A DNA stretch of 36,436 bases, from NCBI GenBank assembly GCA_965662175.1, contig CBFIGT010000011.1, positions 1-36,436 on the forward strand, read 5' to 3'. Position 1 is the stretch's first letter; each line of letters starts with the position of its first letter. This document shows, in pieces, positions 1 through 10,173 of this stretch. The notes under the pieces are model-generated. The model saw nothing but the letters and a program-made list of their open reading frames with translations, ran no database searches and was not told where the DNA came from. The DNA is from Arcobacter sp. Its GTDB lineage: Bacteria > Campylobacterota > Campylobacteria > Campylobacterales > Arcobacteraceae. A program made the position numbers and the translations under genes.

Positions 1-1
1 T

Positions 2-247
2 GTTTCTGGAAGACTTGGTGGAGCTGAAATGGCTAGAACTGAGTGGTACTTAGAGGGTAGAGTTCCTTTACATACATTAAGAGCTAGAATTGATTATGGT
101 TTTGCTGAAGGACATACAACTTATGGTTGTATTGGTATTAAAGTTTGGATTTTCAAAGGTGAAGTACTTGCTAAAGGTATTCCAGTTGAAAGAGAAGAAG
201 CAGCTTCTAAGCCAAAAAGAAGACCTACAAAGAAAAGAGGTAAATAA
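2..247 (+). CDS. rpsC: 30S ribosomal protein S3, C-terminal part (5' end outside window)
   Basis: Open frame from position 2: [46 protein letters not shown], the S3 C-terminal signature. Confidence 0.98.
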   Translation, partial: VSGRLGGAEMARTEWYLEGRVPLHTLRARIDYGFAEGHTTYGCIGIKVWIFKGEVLAKGIPVEREEAASKPKRRPTKKRGK

Positions 248-249
248 TT

Positions 250-675
250 ATGTTAATGCCTAAAAGAACGAAATTTAGAAAAGTAATGAAGGGTCGAAAT
301 AGAGGTAACTCTATGAGAGCCAACACTTTAGCTTATGGTGAATTTGGTATCAAAGCTTTAGAACATGGTAGAATTGATTCAAGACAAATTGAAGCTGCCA
401 GAATTGCAATGACAAGAGCTATTAAAAGACAAGGTAAAGTTTGGATTTCAGTATTCCCTGACAAGCCTCTTACAGCTAAACCATTAGAAACAAGAATGGG
501 TAAAGGTAAAGGTCCTGTTGATAAATGGGTAATGAATATTAAGCCAGGTAGAATTTGTTTTGAGATGGCTGGGGTTAATGAGGAACTTGCTAGAAAAGCG
601 TTAACGTTAGCAGTTCACAAATTACCATTTAAATGTAAAATTGTAAGTAAAGTGAGTGAAAATGACTTATTCTGA
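250..675 (+). CDS. rplP: 50S ribosomal protein L16
   Basis: [29 protein letters not shown]; operon position. Confidence 0.99.
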   Translation: MLMPKRTKFRKVMKGRNRGNSMRANTLAYGEFGIKALEHGRIDSRQIEAARIAMTRAIKRQGKVWISVFPDKPLTAKPLETRMGKGKGPVDKWVMNIKPGRICFEMAGVNEELARKALTLAVHKLPFKCKIVSKVSENDLF

Positions 676-853
676 TATTAAAGATAAAAGCTTACAAGAG
701 CTAAACGAGTTATTAAAAGAGAAAAAGGTGCTTCTTTTTGAATTAAAAGCTAAGCTAAAAACTATGCAGTTAACAAATACTTCTGAATTAAACGTTGCGA
801 AAAAAGACATCGCAAGAATTCAAACAGCTATTACTGCAGCTAAAGCTAACTAA
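662..853 (+). CDS. rpmC: 50S ribosomal protein L29
   Basis: KKDIARIQT motif; lies between rplP and rpsQ; ATG at 662 preferred over GTG at 656. Confidence 0.96.
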   Translation: MTYSDIKDKSLQELNELLKEKKVLLFELKAKLKTMQLTNTSELNVAKKDIARIQTAITAAKAN

Positions 854-864
854 GGATCCAAACT

Positions 865-1119
865 ATGAGTACACATAAAAGAGAGATTCAAGGTGTTGTG
901 GTAAAACATTCTGGAGATAAAACTGCTTCTGTATTAGTTACAAGATCAGTATTACACCCTAAATACCACAAGACTGTTAAGAGATTTAAGAAATATTTAG
1001 TTCATGATGAAAAAAATGAATTAAATGAAGGTGACACTGTAATTGCTATTGAGTGTAGACCTTTATCAAAAACTAAATCTTTTAGATTAAAGACTATAGT
1101 TGCTACAGGAGTTAAATAA
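865..1119 (+). CDS. rpsQ: 30S ribosomal protein S17
   Basis: [28 protein letters not shown]. Confidence 0.99.
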   Translation: MSTHKREIQGVVVKHSGDKTASVLVTRSVLHPKYHKTVKRFKKYLVHDEKNELNEGDTVIAIECRPLSKTKSFRLKTIVATGVK

Positions 1120-1487
1120 TGATTCAAAGTTTTACTAGATTAAATGTAGCGGATAACACTGGTGCTAAAGAGATCATGTGTATTAAAGTATTAGGTGGTT
1201 CTAAAAGAAGATATGCTTCAGTTGGTGACGTTATTGTTGCTTCTGTTAAAAAAGCACTTCCTACAGGAAAAGTTAAAAAAGGTCAAGTAGTTAAAGCAGT
1301 AGTTGTAAGAACTCATAAAGAAGTTCAAAGAGAAAATGGTTCATTAATTAGATTTGATGACAATGCGGCGGTTATCTTAGATGCTAAGAAAGAGCCTATT
1401 GGAACAAGAATTTTTGGACCAGTTGCTAGAGAAGTTAGATATTCAGGTTTCATGAAAATCGTTTCACTTGCACCGGAGGTATTATAA
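1119..1487 (+). CDS. rplN: 50S ribosomal protein L14
   Basis: [36 protein letters not shown]. Confidence 0.99.
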   Translation: MIQSFTRLNVADNTGAKEIMCIKVLGGSKRRYASVGDVIVASVKKALPTGKVKKGQVVKAVVVRTHKEVQRENGSLIRFDDNAAVILDAKKEPIGTRIFGPVAREVRYSGFMKIVSLAPEVL

Positions 1488-1488
1488 T

Positions 1489-1728
1489 ATGGCAGTTAAA
1501 TTAAAAATCAAAAAAGGTGATACAGTTAAAATCATCGCTGGTGATGACAAAGGTAAAACTGGTGAAGTTTTAAGAGTTATCCCATCTAAAATGCAAGTAA
1601 TCGTTAAAGATTGTAAAGTTGCTAAAAAAACTGTTAAGCCTGATCAAGACAAAAACCCTAATGGTGGTTTTGTAAACAAAGAGATGCCATTGGATATCTC
1701 TAATGTAGCAAAAGTAGAAGGTGAGTAA
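1489..1728 (+). CDS. rplX: 50S ribosomal protein L24
   Basis: KOW motif [24 protein letters not shown] at 1489 preceded by GGAGG. Confidence 0.98.
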   Translation: MAVKLKIKKGDTVKIIAGDDKGKTGEVLRVIPSKMQVIVKDCKVAKKTVKPDQDKNPNGGFVNKEMPLDISNVAKVEGE

Positions 1729-1729
1729 T

Positions 1730-2278
1730 ATGGCAAACAGATTACAAGAAAGATATAAAGCTGAAATTAAACCAGCTTTAGAAGCTGAGTTCCCAAAAAA
1801 CAAAATGTTAACTGCTAAGTTAGAAAAAGTAGTTATCTCTGTTGGTGCTGGTGAAGCTATGAAAGATAGTAAATTAATGCAAAACATTCAAGATACTATC
1901 TCTTTAATTGCAGGTCAACACGCAGTTCAAATTATTGCTAAAAAATCAGTTGCTGGTTTTAAAGTAAGAGAAGGTATGCCTGTAGGTGTTAAAGTAACAC
2001 TTAGAGGTGAGCAAATGTATGCATTCGTTGATAAATTATGTTCTGTTGCATTACCTAGAGTTAAAGACTTCCAAGGTTTAAATAGAAATGGTTTTGACGG
2101 AAGAGGAAACTTTAACTTTGGTCTTAATGAGCAATTAATGTTCCCAGAAGTTGTATATGATAATATCATTACTACTCATGGTATGAATATTTCTATCTCA
2201 ACAAGCTCATCTTGTGATAAAGAGGCTTATAGACTTTTAGAGTTAGTAGGAATTCCATTTACAAAAGGTAGAGAATAA
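1730..2278 (+). CDS. rplE: 50S ribosomal protein L5
   Basis: [35 protein letters not shown] at 1730 directly after the rplX stop. Confidence 0.98.
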   Translation: MANRLQERYKAEIKPALEAEFPKNKMLTAKLEKVVISVGAGEAMKDSKLMQNIQDTISLIAGQHAVQIIAKKSVAGFKVREGMPVGVKVTLRGEQMYAFVDKLCSVALPRVKDFQGLNRNGFDGRGNFNFGLNEQLMFPEVVYDNIITTHGMNISISTSSSCDKEAYRLLELVGIPFTKGRE

Positions 2279-2463
2279 TGGCAAAGAAATCAATGATCGC
2301 TAAGCAACAGAGAGCTGCAAAGTTCTCTACTAGAGCGTATACAAGATGTTCAGTATGTGGTAGACCACATTCAGTTTATAGAGATTTCGGTCTTTGTAGA
2401 GTTTGTTTAAGAAAAATGGCTAACGAAGGTTTATTACCTGGTGTTAGAAAAGCTAGTTGGTAA
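2278..2463 (+). CDS. rpsN: 30S ribosomal protein S14, zinc-binding (type Z, 61 aa)
   Basis: [22 protein letters not shown]; two CxxC pairs. Confidence 0.99.
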   Translation: MAKKSMIAKQQRAAKFSTRAYTRCSVCGRPHSVYRDFGLCRVCLRKMANEGLLPGVRKASW

Positions 2464-2475
2464 GGAAATAAAGCT

Positions 2476-2874
2476 ATGATGAATGATATAATCGCAGATG
2501 CTTTAACTAGAATTAGAAATGCAGCAATGAGAAAGCTTGAAGTAGCTACTTTGTTACATTCTAATACAGTTGTAGGTATCTTAACAGTATTAGAAGCGAA
2601 AGGTTACATTGAGTCTTTCAAAGTTGTTGATGGAACAAACAATAAAAAAACTATTCAAGTTGCATTAAAATATGACGAATCTGAAAATTCTGTAATCAAT
2701 GAGATTAAAAGAGTTTCAAAATCAGGAAGAAGAGTTTATAAAGGTTCTTCTGAATTAAAAAATTTCAAAAATGGATATGGTACAATCATTGTTTCTACAA
2801 ACAAAGGTATTATTGCTAACGATGAAGCGTTTGCTTCTAATGTTGGTGGTGAAGTACTATGTACAGTTTGGTAG
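2476..2874 (+). CDS. rpsH: 30S ribosomal protein S8
   Basis: [29 protein letters not shown]. Confidence 0.99.
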   Translation: MMNDIIADALTRIRNAAMRKLEVATLLHSNTVVGILTVLEAKGYIESFKVVDGTNNKKTIQVALKYDESENSVINEIKRVSKSGRRVYKGSSELKNFKNGYGTIIVSTNKGIIANDEAFASNVGGEVLCTVW

Positions 2875-2884
2875 GGGTTAGATA

Positions 2885-3421
2885 ATGTCAAGAATTGGAA
2901 AACAACCTATCGCAATCCCATCAGGTGTTGAAGTAACAGTTGATGGTACACTTGTAAGTGTAAAAAAAGGAAATAAAGTTTCTACAGTTGAAACTCATGG
3001 AAGAGTTGAAGTTGTAATTGAAAATAATACTATTGTTCTATCAAGAGTTGGAGAATCACAAGAATCTTCAGCTTTCTGGGGAACTTATAGAGCATTATTA
3101 AACAATGCTATTGTTGGTTTATCTGAAGGTTTTACTAAATCTTTAGAAATCAACGGTGTTGGTTATAGAGCTGCTGTAAAAGGTAAGGTTTTAGAATTAC
3201 AATTAGGTTACTCTCATCCAATTAACTATGAAATAGCTGATGGATTAGAAATCACTGTTGAAAAAAACATTATTAACGTAAAAGGTGCAGACAAACAACA
3301 AGTTGGTCAAGCTGCTGCAATTATTAGAGGCTTTAGAAAACCAGAACCATACAAAGGTAAAGGTGTTAAATATACTGATGAGCATATCATCAGAAAAGCC
3401 GGAAAAACTGCTAAGAAGTAA
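2885..3421 (+). CDS. rplF: 50S ribosomal protein L6
   Basis: [29 protein letters not shown]. Confidence 0.99.
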   Translation: MSRIGKQPIAIPSGVEVTVDGTLVSVKKGNKVSTVETHGRVEVVIENNTIVLSRVGESQESSAFWGTYRALLNNAIVGLSEGFTKSLEINGVGYRAAVKGKVLELQLGYSHPINYEIADGLEITVEKNIINVKGADKQQVGQAAAIIRGFRKPEPYKGKGVKYTDEHIIRKAGKTAKK

Positions 3422-3431
3422 GGTGTAAAGA

Positions 3432-3791
3432 ATGAGTAGAGCAAAAGATATAGCTAAAAAGAATTCTTTAAGAATCAAAAGAAAAAGAAGAGTAAGAGGT
3501 TCTATTTCTGGAACTGCTTCTAAGCCAAGAGTTTCGGTTTTTAAATCTAATAAATATTTAAGTGCACAAGCAATTAATGATGTTGATGGTGTTACACTAG
3601 CTTCAGTTAATTCTAAAGCTTTAGATTTAAAAGTTAATAGAGATAATGCAGTTAAAGTTGGAGCACAATTTGCTGAAAATTTAAAAGCTGCTGGGATTGA
3701 TACAGTTGTATTTGATAGAAATGGTTACCTATATCACGGTGTAATTGCTGCTTTTGCACAATCGCTAAGAGATAACGGTATCAAATTATAA
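3432..3791 (+). CDS. rplR: 50S ribosomal protein L18
   Basis: PRVSVFKSNKY..VVFDRNGYLYHG. Confidence 0.99.
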   Translation: MSRAKDIAKKNSLRIKRKRRVRGSISGTASKPRVSVFKSNKYLSAQAINDVDGVTLASVNSKALDLKVNRDNAVKVGAQFAENLKAAGIDTVVFDRNGYLYHGVIAAFAQSLRDNGIKL

Positions 3792-3797
3792 GGGTTA

Positions 3798-4241
3798 ATG
3801 ATGGCAGTTAATAGAGAAGATTTTCAAGAAGCAATCGTTAAAATTGGAAGAGTAACAAAAGTTGTAAAAGGTGGACGAAGATTCAGATTTACAGCTTTAG
3901 TTGTTGTTGGTGATAAGAACGGTACAGTAGGATTTGGAACAGGTAAAGCTAAAGAGGTTCCTGATGCAATTAAAAAAGCTTTAGATGACGCATTTAAATC
4001 TTTAGTTTCTGTTTCTATTAAAGGAACTACAATTGCACATGATATTGAGCATAAATATAATGCAAGTAAAATATTATTAAGACCAGCATCTGAGGGTACA
4101 GGACTAATTGCAGGTGGTGCAGCTAGACCAGTTCTAGAGCTATCAGGAGTTAAAGATATTATTGCAAAATCTTTAGGTTCTAACAATCCTAACAACTTAG
4201 TACAAGCTACAGTTGAAGCATTAGCTAGAATTAAAGGATAA
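3798..4241 (+). CDS. rpsE: 30S ribosomal protein S5
   Basis: [32 protein letters not shown]. Confidence 0.99.
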   Translation: MMAVNREDFQEAIVKIGRVTKVVKGGRRFRFTALVVVGDKNGTVGFGTGKAKEVPDAIKKALDDAFKSLVSVSIKGTTIAHDIEHKYNASKILLRPASEGTGLIAGGAARPVLELSGVKDIIAKSLGSNNPNNLVQATVEALARIKG

Positions 4242-4244
4242 TCG

Positions 4245-4643
4245 ATGACATTAGAAAATTTACAACCAGCAGCTGGAAGTACAAAAGGTGTTAAAAGAGT
4301 AGGTAGAGGTCAAGGTTCAGGAATGGGTAAGACTTCTACAAGAGGACAAAAAGGTCAAAAATCTAGATCTGGATACAAAATTAAGAGACATTTTGAGGGT
4401 GGACAAATGCCACTACAAAAAAGAACTCCTAAAATTGGATTTACATCAAGAGTAGTTAAACCTTACTCAATTAACGTAGATAGAATTAAGCAAGTTGCAG
4501 AACTAGAAGAGATTACATTAGAGACAATTAAATCTGTATATAAATTGTCAAAATCAGTAACAAAAGTTAAATTAGTTGGATCTTGCGCTAAAGATTTAGC
4601 TACTAAGATTAAAGACGAAAACGTTACAACTACTGGTAAATAG
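4245..4643 (+). CDS. rplO: 50S ribosomal protein L15
   Basis: [35 protein letters not shown]. Confidence 0.99.
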   Translation: MTLENLQPAAGSTKGVKRVGRGQGSGMGKTSTRGQKGQKSRSGYKIKRHFEGGQMPLQKRTPKIGFTSRVVKPYSINVDRIKQVAELEEITLETIKSVYKLSKSVTKVKLVGSCAKDLATKIKDENVTTTGK

Positions 4644-4645
4644 TT

Positions 4646-5908
4646 ATGAGTAAAGATCTAATAAATAAGATTCTTATTACATTAGGTTTTATATTTCTAT
4701 ACAGAGTACTGGCTTATGTGCCAGTACCTGGTGTAAATATTGACGTAGTAAAAGAGTTTTTTGACTCAAATGCAAACAATGCATTAGGTCTAGTTAATAT
4801 GTTTAGTGGAAATGCAATCGAAAGATTATCTATTATTTCACTAGGTATTATGCCTTACATTACAGCTTCTATTATTATGGAACTTCTAGCAGCAACTTTC
4901 CCAGCACTTGGTAAAATGAAAAAAGAACGAGATGGAATGCAAAAATATATGCAAATCATCAGATACGCAACAATTGTAATTACTTTAATTCAAGCAGTTG
5001 GTGTTTCTATGGGTCTTAATTCTTTAACCGGAAAAAGTGGACAAGGGGCAATTTCAATTGATATGGATACTTTTATTGCAGTTTCAGCAATTTCAATGTT
5101 AACAGGAACAATGCTTCTAATGTGGATTGGTGAACAAATCACACAAAAAGGTATTGGAAATGGTATTTCATTAATCATTTTTGCAGGTATCGTTTCTGCG
5201 ATTCCAAGCGCAATTGGTGGTACAATTGATTTAGTAAATAATGGACAAATGAGTTTCTTAACTGTTATTGCCATTTTACTTATTATCTTAGCTACTGTTG
5301 GAGCTATTATTTATGTTGAATTAGGTGAGAGAAGAGTACCTGTTTCCTATTCAAGAAAAGTAATGATGCAAAATCAAAATAAAAGAGTTATGAATTATAT
5401 TCCTATAAAAGTGAATTTATCTGGAGTTATTCCAGCGATTTTCGCATCTGCTATTTTGATGTTTCCAGCAACTGTTTTACAAGGTAGTCAAAATGAGATA
5501 TTACTAGCTATTTCTGATTATATCAGTCCAACTAGTTATACTTTTAACTTATTGATGTTCTTATTTGTAGTTTTCTTTGCATTCTTTTATGCATCAATTA
5601 CATTTAATGCAAAAGATATTTCTGAAAACCTTAAGAAACAAGGTGGATTTATTCCAGGTGTTAGACCAGGAGCTAGTACTGCTAATTTCTTAAATGAAAC
5701 AGCTAGTAGGTTGACTTTTTGGGGTGCAATATATTTAGGTGCTATTTCAACTGTTCCTTGGCTTTTAGTTAAGTCTATGGGAGTTCCATTTTATTTTGGT
5801 GGGGTTGCTGTTTTAATCGTTGTTCAAGTTGCTATTGATACAATGAGAAAAATTGAAGCTCAACAATATATGAATAAATATGAAACACTAAGTGCAGTTG
5901 GTTTATAA
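4646..5908 (+). CDS. secY: Preprotein translocase subunit SecY
   Basis: Multi-TM protein; SLGIMPYITASII, GIGNGISLIIFAGI, GGFIPGVRPG motifs. Confidence 0.99.
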   Translation: MSKDLINKILITLGFIFLYRVLAYVPVPGVNIDVVKEFFDSNANNALGLVNMFSGNAIERLSIISLGIMPYITASIIMELLAATFPALGKMKKERDGMQKYMQIIRYATIVITLIQAVGVSMGLNSLTGKSGQGAISIDMDTFIAVSAISMLTGTMLLMWIGEQITQKGIGNGISLIIFAGIVSAIPSAIGGTIDLVNNGQMSFLTVIAILLIILATVGAIIYVELGERRVPVSYSRKVMMQNQNKRVMNYIPIKVNLSGVIPAIFASAILMFPATVLQGSQNEILLAISDYISPTSYTFNLLMFLFVVFFAFFYASITFNAKDISENLKKQGGFIPGVRPGASTANFLNETASRLTFWGAIYLGAISTVPWLLVKSMGVPFYFGGVAVLIVVQVAIDTMRKIEAQQYMNKYETLSAVGL

Positions 5909-5914
5909 ATAATT

Positions 5915-6673
5915 ATGGCTATACCATTAAGAAAACCAAACGAAATTGAAAAACTTCGCACAGCAAGCAATGCTGTTGCGAAGACTCTTAAATATCTTGA
6001 AGAAAATGTGAAACCAGGTATGACTTTACTTGAAGTTGATACTATGGGTGAAAAATTCTTAAATGAATTAGGCGCTAGACCATCATTCAAAGGCCTATAT
6101 GGTTTCCCAAATGCAGTTTGTACATCACTTAATGAAGTTATTATCCATGGAATTCCATCAAATACAGTTTTACAAGAGGGTGATATTCTTGGAATTGATA
6201 TTGGTAGTGAAATTGATGGATGGTACGGTGATGCTGCTATTACAATGCCTATTGGAAAGATATCAAAAGAAGATGAAGAGTTAATTGCATGCGCAAAAGA
6301 CTCTTTATATTATGCTATAGATATTATAAGAGAAGGTATGCGATTCAAAGAGTTATCTCAAGCAATAGAAAAATTTATTGTTGATAGAGGATATCAACCA
6401 TTGGTTAGATTTTGTGGTCACGGTATTGGTAAAAAACCACATTGTGAACCTGAGATTCCTAACTATTTAGAGGGACCAAATGCTAAATCTGGACCTAAAA
6501 TTAAAAATGGAATGGTATTTTGTCTAGAACCTATGATTTGTCAAAAAGATAGAGAACCTGTTATTTTAGATAATAATTGGGATGTTGTATCTAAAGATGG
6601 ATTAAGAGCTAGTCATTATGAACACACAGTTGCTGTTATAAACGGTAAAGCAGTAATATTAAGCGATGTATAG
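5915..6673 (+). CDS. map: Type I methionine aminopeptidase
   Basis: [32 protein letters not shown] metal-site motifs. Confidence 0.98.
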   Translation: MAIPLRKPNEIEKLRTASNAVAKTLKYLEENVKPGMTLLEVDTMGEKFLNELGARPSFKGLYGFPNAVCTSLNEVIIHGIPSNTVLQEGDILGIDIGSEIDGWYGDAAITMPIGKISKEDEELIACAKDSLYYAIDIIREGMRFKELSQAIEKFIVDRGYQPLVRFCGHGIGKKPHCEPEIPNYLEGPNAKSGPKIKNGMVFCLEPMICQKDREPVILDNNWDVVSKDGLRASHYEHTVAVINGKAVILSDV

Positions 6674-6684
6674 AAGGAAAAATT

Positions 6685-6903
6685 TTGGCAAAAGATGATG
6701 TAATTGTAATTGATGGTAAAGTAATTGAAGCTTTACCAAATGCAATGTTTAGAGTTGAATTAGATAATGGACATGTTGTACTTTGTCATATCTCAGGTAA
6801 AATGAGAATGCACTATATTAAAATTTTACCAAGTGATAAAGTTAAAGTAGAAATAACACCATACTCTTTAGATAAGGGTAGAATTACTCACAGATATAAA
6901 TAA
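6685..6903 (+). CDS. infA: Translation initiation factor IF-1 (TTG start)
   Basis: [44 protein letters not shown] upstream. Confidence 0.99.
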   Translation: MAKDDVIVIDGKVIEALPNAMFRVELDNGHVVLCHISGKMRMHYIKILPSDKVKVEITPYSLDKGRITHRYK

Positions 6904-6912
6904 AAATTATTT

Positions 6913-6967
6913 TAATTAGAGAATGTAACAAAATCTTGTACTTTCTCTAATTATTATTGTTTTTTTT
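6913..6967 (+). terminator. Probable intrinsic terminator ending the ribosomal operon
   Basis: TAATTAGAGAA (6913-6923) and TTCTCTAATTA (6943-6953) form an inverted repeat, followed by a T-rich tract. Confidence 0.7.
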
Positions 6968-6976
6968 ATTATTTAT

Positions 6977-6985
6977 TGATATAAT
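6977..6985 (+). promoter_or_regulatory. Extended -10 promoter (TGnTATAAT) for the GGDEF gene
   Basis: TGATATAAT about 27 nt upstream of ATG 7013. Confidence 0.65.
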
Positions 6986-7012
6986 ACTTCATATTATTAA
7001 TTTGGATGTATT

Positions 7013-8263
7013 ATGGATAAACTTACAGAAGAGACTTTAGCCTCCCTTTTATCACAAAATATTGTAGCTACTCCTAAAAATTATGCTAGAGAGTTTTATA
7101 AACTAGCTAAAGAGAGTGACACAAACTTCGAAGATATTGAAAATTTAGAATTTATTTTGCATAATTTATCTGAAGAAGAACTAAATGAATTAAAAGAAAA
7201 TAAAGTTATTATTGCTACTGATTTATTAAATGTTACATCTAAAAGAATTAAAAAAAGTGATACATTAAAGTTTATTAATGCTTTAGCTGAAATTATTAAA
7301 CCCTCAATTGACCAAACTATTTATCAAAAAATTGAAGAAGTTATTTTTGATTTAATTAAAACTCCTGAAAAACTTGTTGATGATTCTACTATACACAAAA
7401 TATTAAATATTACAAATGAGAGAGTTGAGTTAGATAGGGCTAGTTTAAAAGATAAATCAGAGGATATTAAAAAATTTATTAATTTATTAGTTAAAGAGTA
7501 TGAAAAGTCTTTAATTATAAGTAGTAATAGCAGTGATAAGTTACTTGATATTAAGCATGAACTAGATGATTTAAATTTTTCTAAACATTCAAATAGAGAG
7601 ATTGAATTACTTTATTCTAAATTAACAAAAATTGTTTTTGAATTAGAAACCAATATTGAGAGTTCAAAACTTGAATTAGTAAAAGGTAGAGATGAGTGCA
7701 ATACTCTACAAAATGATATTAAAAAATTACAAAGCGATTTAGAAAAACTAAAAAAAGAGAAAGATATTGACTTTTTAACTGGGGTATTAAATAGACGAGG
7801 TTATACAAATACAATACTACAAATAGAAAAAAAATATTCAATGTTAAACTCAAAATATGCAATTGTTTTTTTTGATATTGATGATTTTAAAGATATAAAT
7901 GATAGTCATGGGCATGATTGTGGTGATGTTGTACTAAAAACATTTGCTACTATATTACATAAGATGATGAGAGAATCAGATGTTATTTGTAGATATGGTG
8001 GTGAAGAGTTTGTGGCTTTAATCTCTTATAAAGAGAAAGATGAAGTTATTAGTTATGTTAAAAGAGTAAAAGATATTATTGTTAAACATAAATTTGTTTA
8101 TACCAATGATATAAAATTAAAAGTTAGATTTTCAGCTGGTATTGCATTTAGAGATAATTATAACTCCTATGAAGATACAATAAAGTATGCTGATATTTTA
8201 CTTTATAAAGCAAAACATGAGGGTAAAGATAAAACTATACTTGATAATGGCCAAATTATTTAG
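7013..8263 (+). CDS. Cytoplasmic diguanylate cyclase (helical/coiled-coil N-terminus plus GGDEF domain)
   Basis: DFLTGVLNRR, FDIDDFKDINDSHGHDCGD, RESD I-site five residues before the GGEEF active site. Confidence 0.93.
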   Translation: MDKLTEETLASLLSQNIVATPKNYAREFYKLAKESDTNFEDIENLEFILHNLSEEELNELKENKVIIATDLLNVTSKRIKKSDTLKFINALAEIIKPSIDQTIYQKIEEVIFDLIKTPEKLVDDSTIHKILNITNERVELDRASLKDKSEDIKKFINLLVKEYEKSLIISSNSSDKLLDIKHELDDLNFSKHSNREIELLYSKLTKIVFELETNIESSKLELVKGRDECNTLQNDIKKLQSDLEKLKKEKDIDFLTGVLNRRGYTNTILQIEKKYSMLNSKYAIVFFDIDDFKDINDSHGHDCGDVVLKTFATILHKMMRESDVICRYGGEEFVALISYKEKDEVISYVKRVKDIIVKHKFVYTNDIKLKVRFSAGIAFRDNYNSYEDTIKYADILLYKAKHEGKDKTILDNGQII

Positions 8264-8308
8264 AAATAGATAAATTTAAAAAAAAGCGATTTTTATGTAC
8301 AATTGCAT

Positions 8309-8977
8309 ATGACTAAAAAATTACAAAGTAAAATTCTTTATCAACTTCATTTTCTTAAATCAATAGGTTATGAATATACTGAAAATATAAATTTTCAACA
8401 AACTAATAAAGAGCATCAAACCCTTCCAAATAAAATTGATGAATTAAAAGAGATTGTTGATAACTGTTATTTATGTCAATTATCAAAATTTAGAGAGAAT
8501 GTTCTTTTTGGACAAGGAAATATTAATTCAAAAGTTATAATCTTAAAAGAGTCCCCAAGTGTTAGTGAAGATGAATTAGGTGAGTTTTATGTTGGTAAAT
8601 CAGGTGAATTACTATCTAAAATGATTCAAAATGTCTTAAAAATTAATCTTAATGAAGTTTATATTACAAATATTGTTAAATGTGTTTCAACAAACGGTAC
8701 AATTTCAAAAGAGCATGTTAATTATTGTAAATCCTATCTTTTTAAGCAAATAGAGATAATCAAACCAAGATTAATTGTAGCCTTAGGTGAGGGTGTTTAT
8801 CACTATCTTACAAATGATAATGCCTCATTCAATGAAATTAGAGGTAAAGTTATAAATTATAACGATTTTGATATTATATGCACCTATGAACCTAGTTTTT
8901 TATTAAGAAATCCAAGTTCAAAAAAAGAGGCATATGTTGATATGTTAAAAATTAAAAGTTTAATGGAGAATATGTGA
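8309..8977 (+). CDS. Uracil-DNA glycosylase family 4-like Fe-S protein with degenerate catalytic motifs
   Basis: CYLC, TNIVKC, YC..YL..QI..IKP.LIVALG, PSFLLRNP; ATG 8309 preferred over TTG 8303. Confidence 0.85.
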   Translation: MTKKLQSKILYQLHFLKSIGYEYTENINFQQTNKEHQTLPNKIDELKEIVDNCYLCQLSKFRENVLFGQGNINSKVIILKESPSVSEDELGEFYVGKSGELLSKMIQNVLKINLNEVYITNIVKCVSTNGTISKEHVNYCKSYLFKQIEIIKPRLIVALGEGVYHYLTNDNASFNEIRGKVINYNDFDIICTYEPSFLLRNPSSKKEAYVDMLKIKSLMENM

Positions 8978-10092
8978 AAAGTTTATTATTAATTATTAGT
9001 ACAATATTTTTATTTACAGCTTGTATGAATAAAGAAATAGCAATAAAAAAACCTGAAAACACTCAAAATGTAAAAGTTTCAAATGCAAAAGAGTCGATTA
9101 GTTATGAGTATATTAAGAGTGAAGAAGTAGTTGAAGAGAAAAAGCTTGATTTATTTGTTGACAATGGCGGTGATTTTAGAGTTGCTATTGTTTTTCCCTC
9201 AAAGGTTGTTGGAAAATATGGTAATAGTACAATAAATAGTGTAATTGGATATTTACTTTTTAAAAATAGTAAATTTGAAATAGAGTCTTTTGATAGTGAA
9301 GATGAGAGTATTGAAAATATAATTTCTACTTTTGAAGAGCTTAAAAACAAAGGCTATAATAAAGTAATAGCACTTTTTACAAAAAACTCACTAAGCACAA
9401 TAAATAATATCTCACAAATAAGTGGTATGCAGGTATATTTTCCTTTATTAGAAAAGTCAGATTCAGTTTATGAGTCATCACCAAACTTTATTTATGGTTC
9501 AATATCTTATTTAAATCAGATGGAAGAGTTATTAAAGTTATCTGAAGATAATAATGCACAATTTTATGAAGAATCAAATATTGGATATAAGTTAAAAGCT
9601 ATTTATGAATCATTGGTTCAAGATATTGTTGTTAATCAAAATATAAAGATTATGAATAATAATTTTAAAGATATTGTTACAAATGAGAGATTAAAACATA
9701 CAAACTTAATGATAAATACACCTATAGTAAAATCATCAATAATTCTTTCACAACTATATGCTTATGAGGTTGAAAATGGAGCAATATTATCAACACAGTT
9801 AAATTACAATCCACTTTTGATTTCACTAACCCAATATGAAGATAGATTAAATTTAATTTTAGCAAACTCTATTGAAGATACTGATGATATTTTAACTGAA
9901 ACATTAATTTTACTTGATACTGATGTAAAATATAATTGGGTTAATTACTCTTCTTTAGTAGGAATTAACTATATTTTTTCTAGAAATAGTGATAATTTGA
10001 TTAAAAATCAAATTATAGATTCTCAAGTAATTTACAACTCTAATTTATTTTTTAGTACAGAAAATAGCTTTAAAAAGCTAGAGCTTAACTAA
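8974..10092 (+). CDS. Lipoprotein, possibly periplasmic-binding-protein type I fold
   Basis: Signal peptide with lipobox FTAC; RVAIVFPSKVVGKYG and FDS strand patterns; GTG start overlaps the upstream TGA. Confidence 0.65.
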   Translation: MKSLLLIISTIFLFTACMNKEIAIKKPENTQNVKVSNAKESISYEYIKSEEVVEEKKLDLFVDNGGDFRVAIVFPSKVVGKYGNSTINSVIGYLLFKNSKFEIESFDSEDESIENIISTFEELKNKGYNKVIALFTKNSLSTINNISQISGMQVYFPLLEKSDSVYESSPNFIYGSISYLNQMEELLKLSEDNNAQFYEESNIGYKLKAIYESLVQDIVVNQNIKIMNNNFKDIVTNERLKHTNLMINTPIVKSSIILSQLYAYEVENGAILSTQLNYNPLLISLTQYEDRLNLILANSIEDTDDILTETLILLDTDVKYNWVNYSSLVGINYIFSRNSDNLIKNQIIDSQVIYNSNLFFSTENSFKKLELN

Positions 10093-10120
10093 CTTAAAAA
10101 AACTCTCAACAACTTTTGGA

Positions 10121-10126
10121 TATAAT
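10121..10126 (+). promoter_or_regulatory. -10 box (gaTATAAT) of aspS
   Basis: GATATAAT about 47 nt upstream of the TTG start; GGAG RBS at 10163-10166. Confidence 0.6.
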
Positions 10127-10173
10127 CGCGTATATTTTATAAGGGGCTTTAGGCCCTGTTTTGGAGCATAAAT

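Noticed and set aside
4241..4245. Absence of rpmD (L30) between rpsE and rplO
   Set aside because: Known trait of Campylobacterota; not novel
1570..6284. Antisense or alternate-frame ORFs at 1570-1887, 1927-2169, 3245-3478, 3824-4195, 4990-5274, 5860-6090 and 6099-6284
   Set aside because: They overlap well-identified ribosomal, secY or map genes and have no motifs; shadows of codon bias
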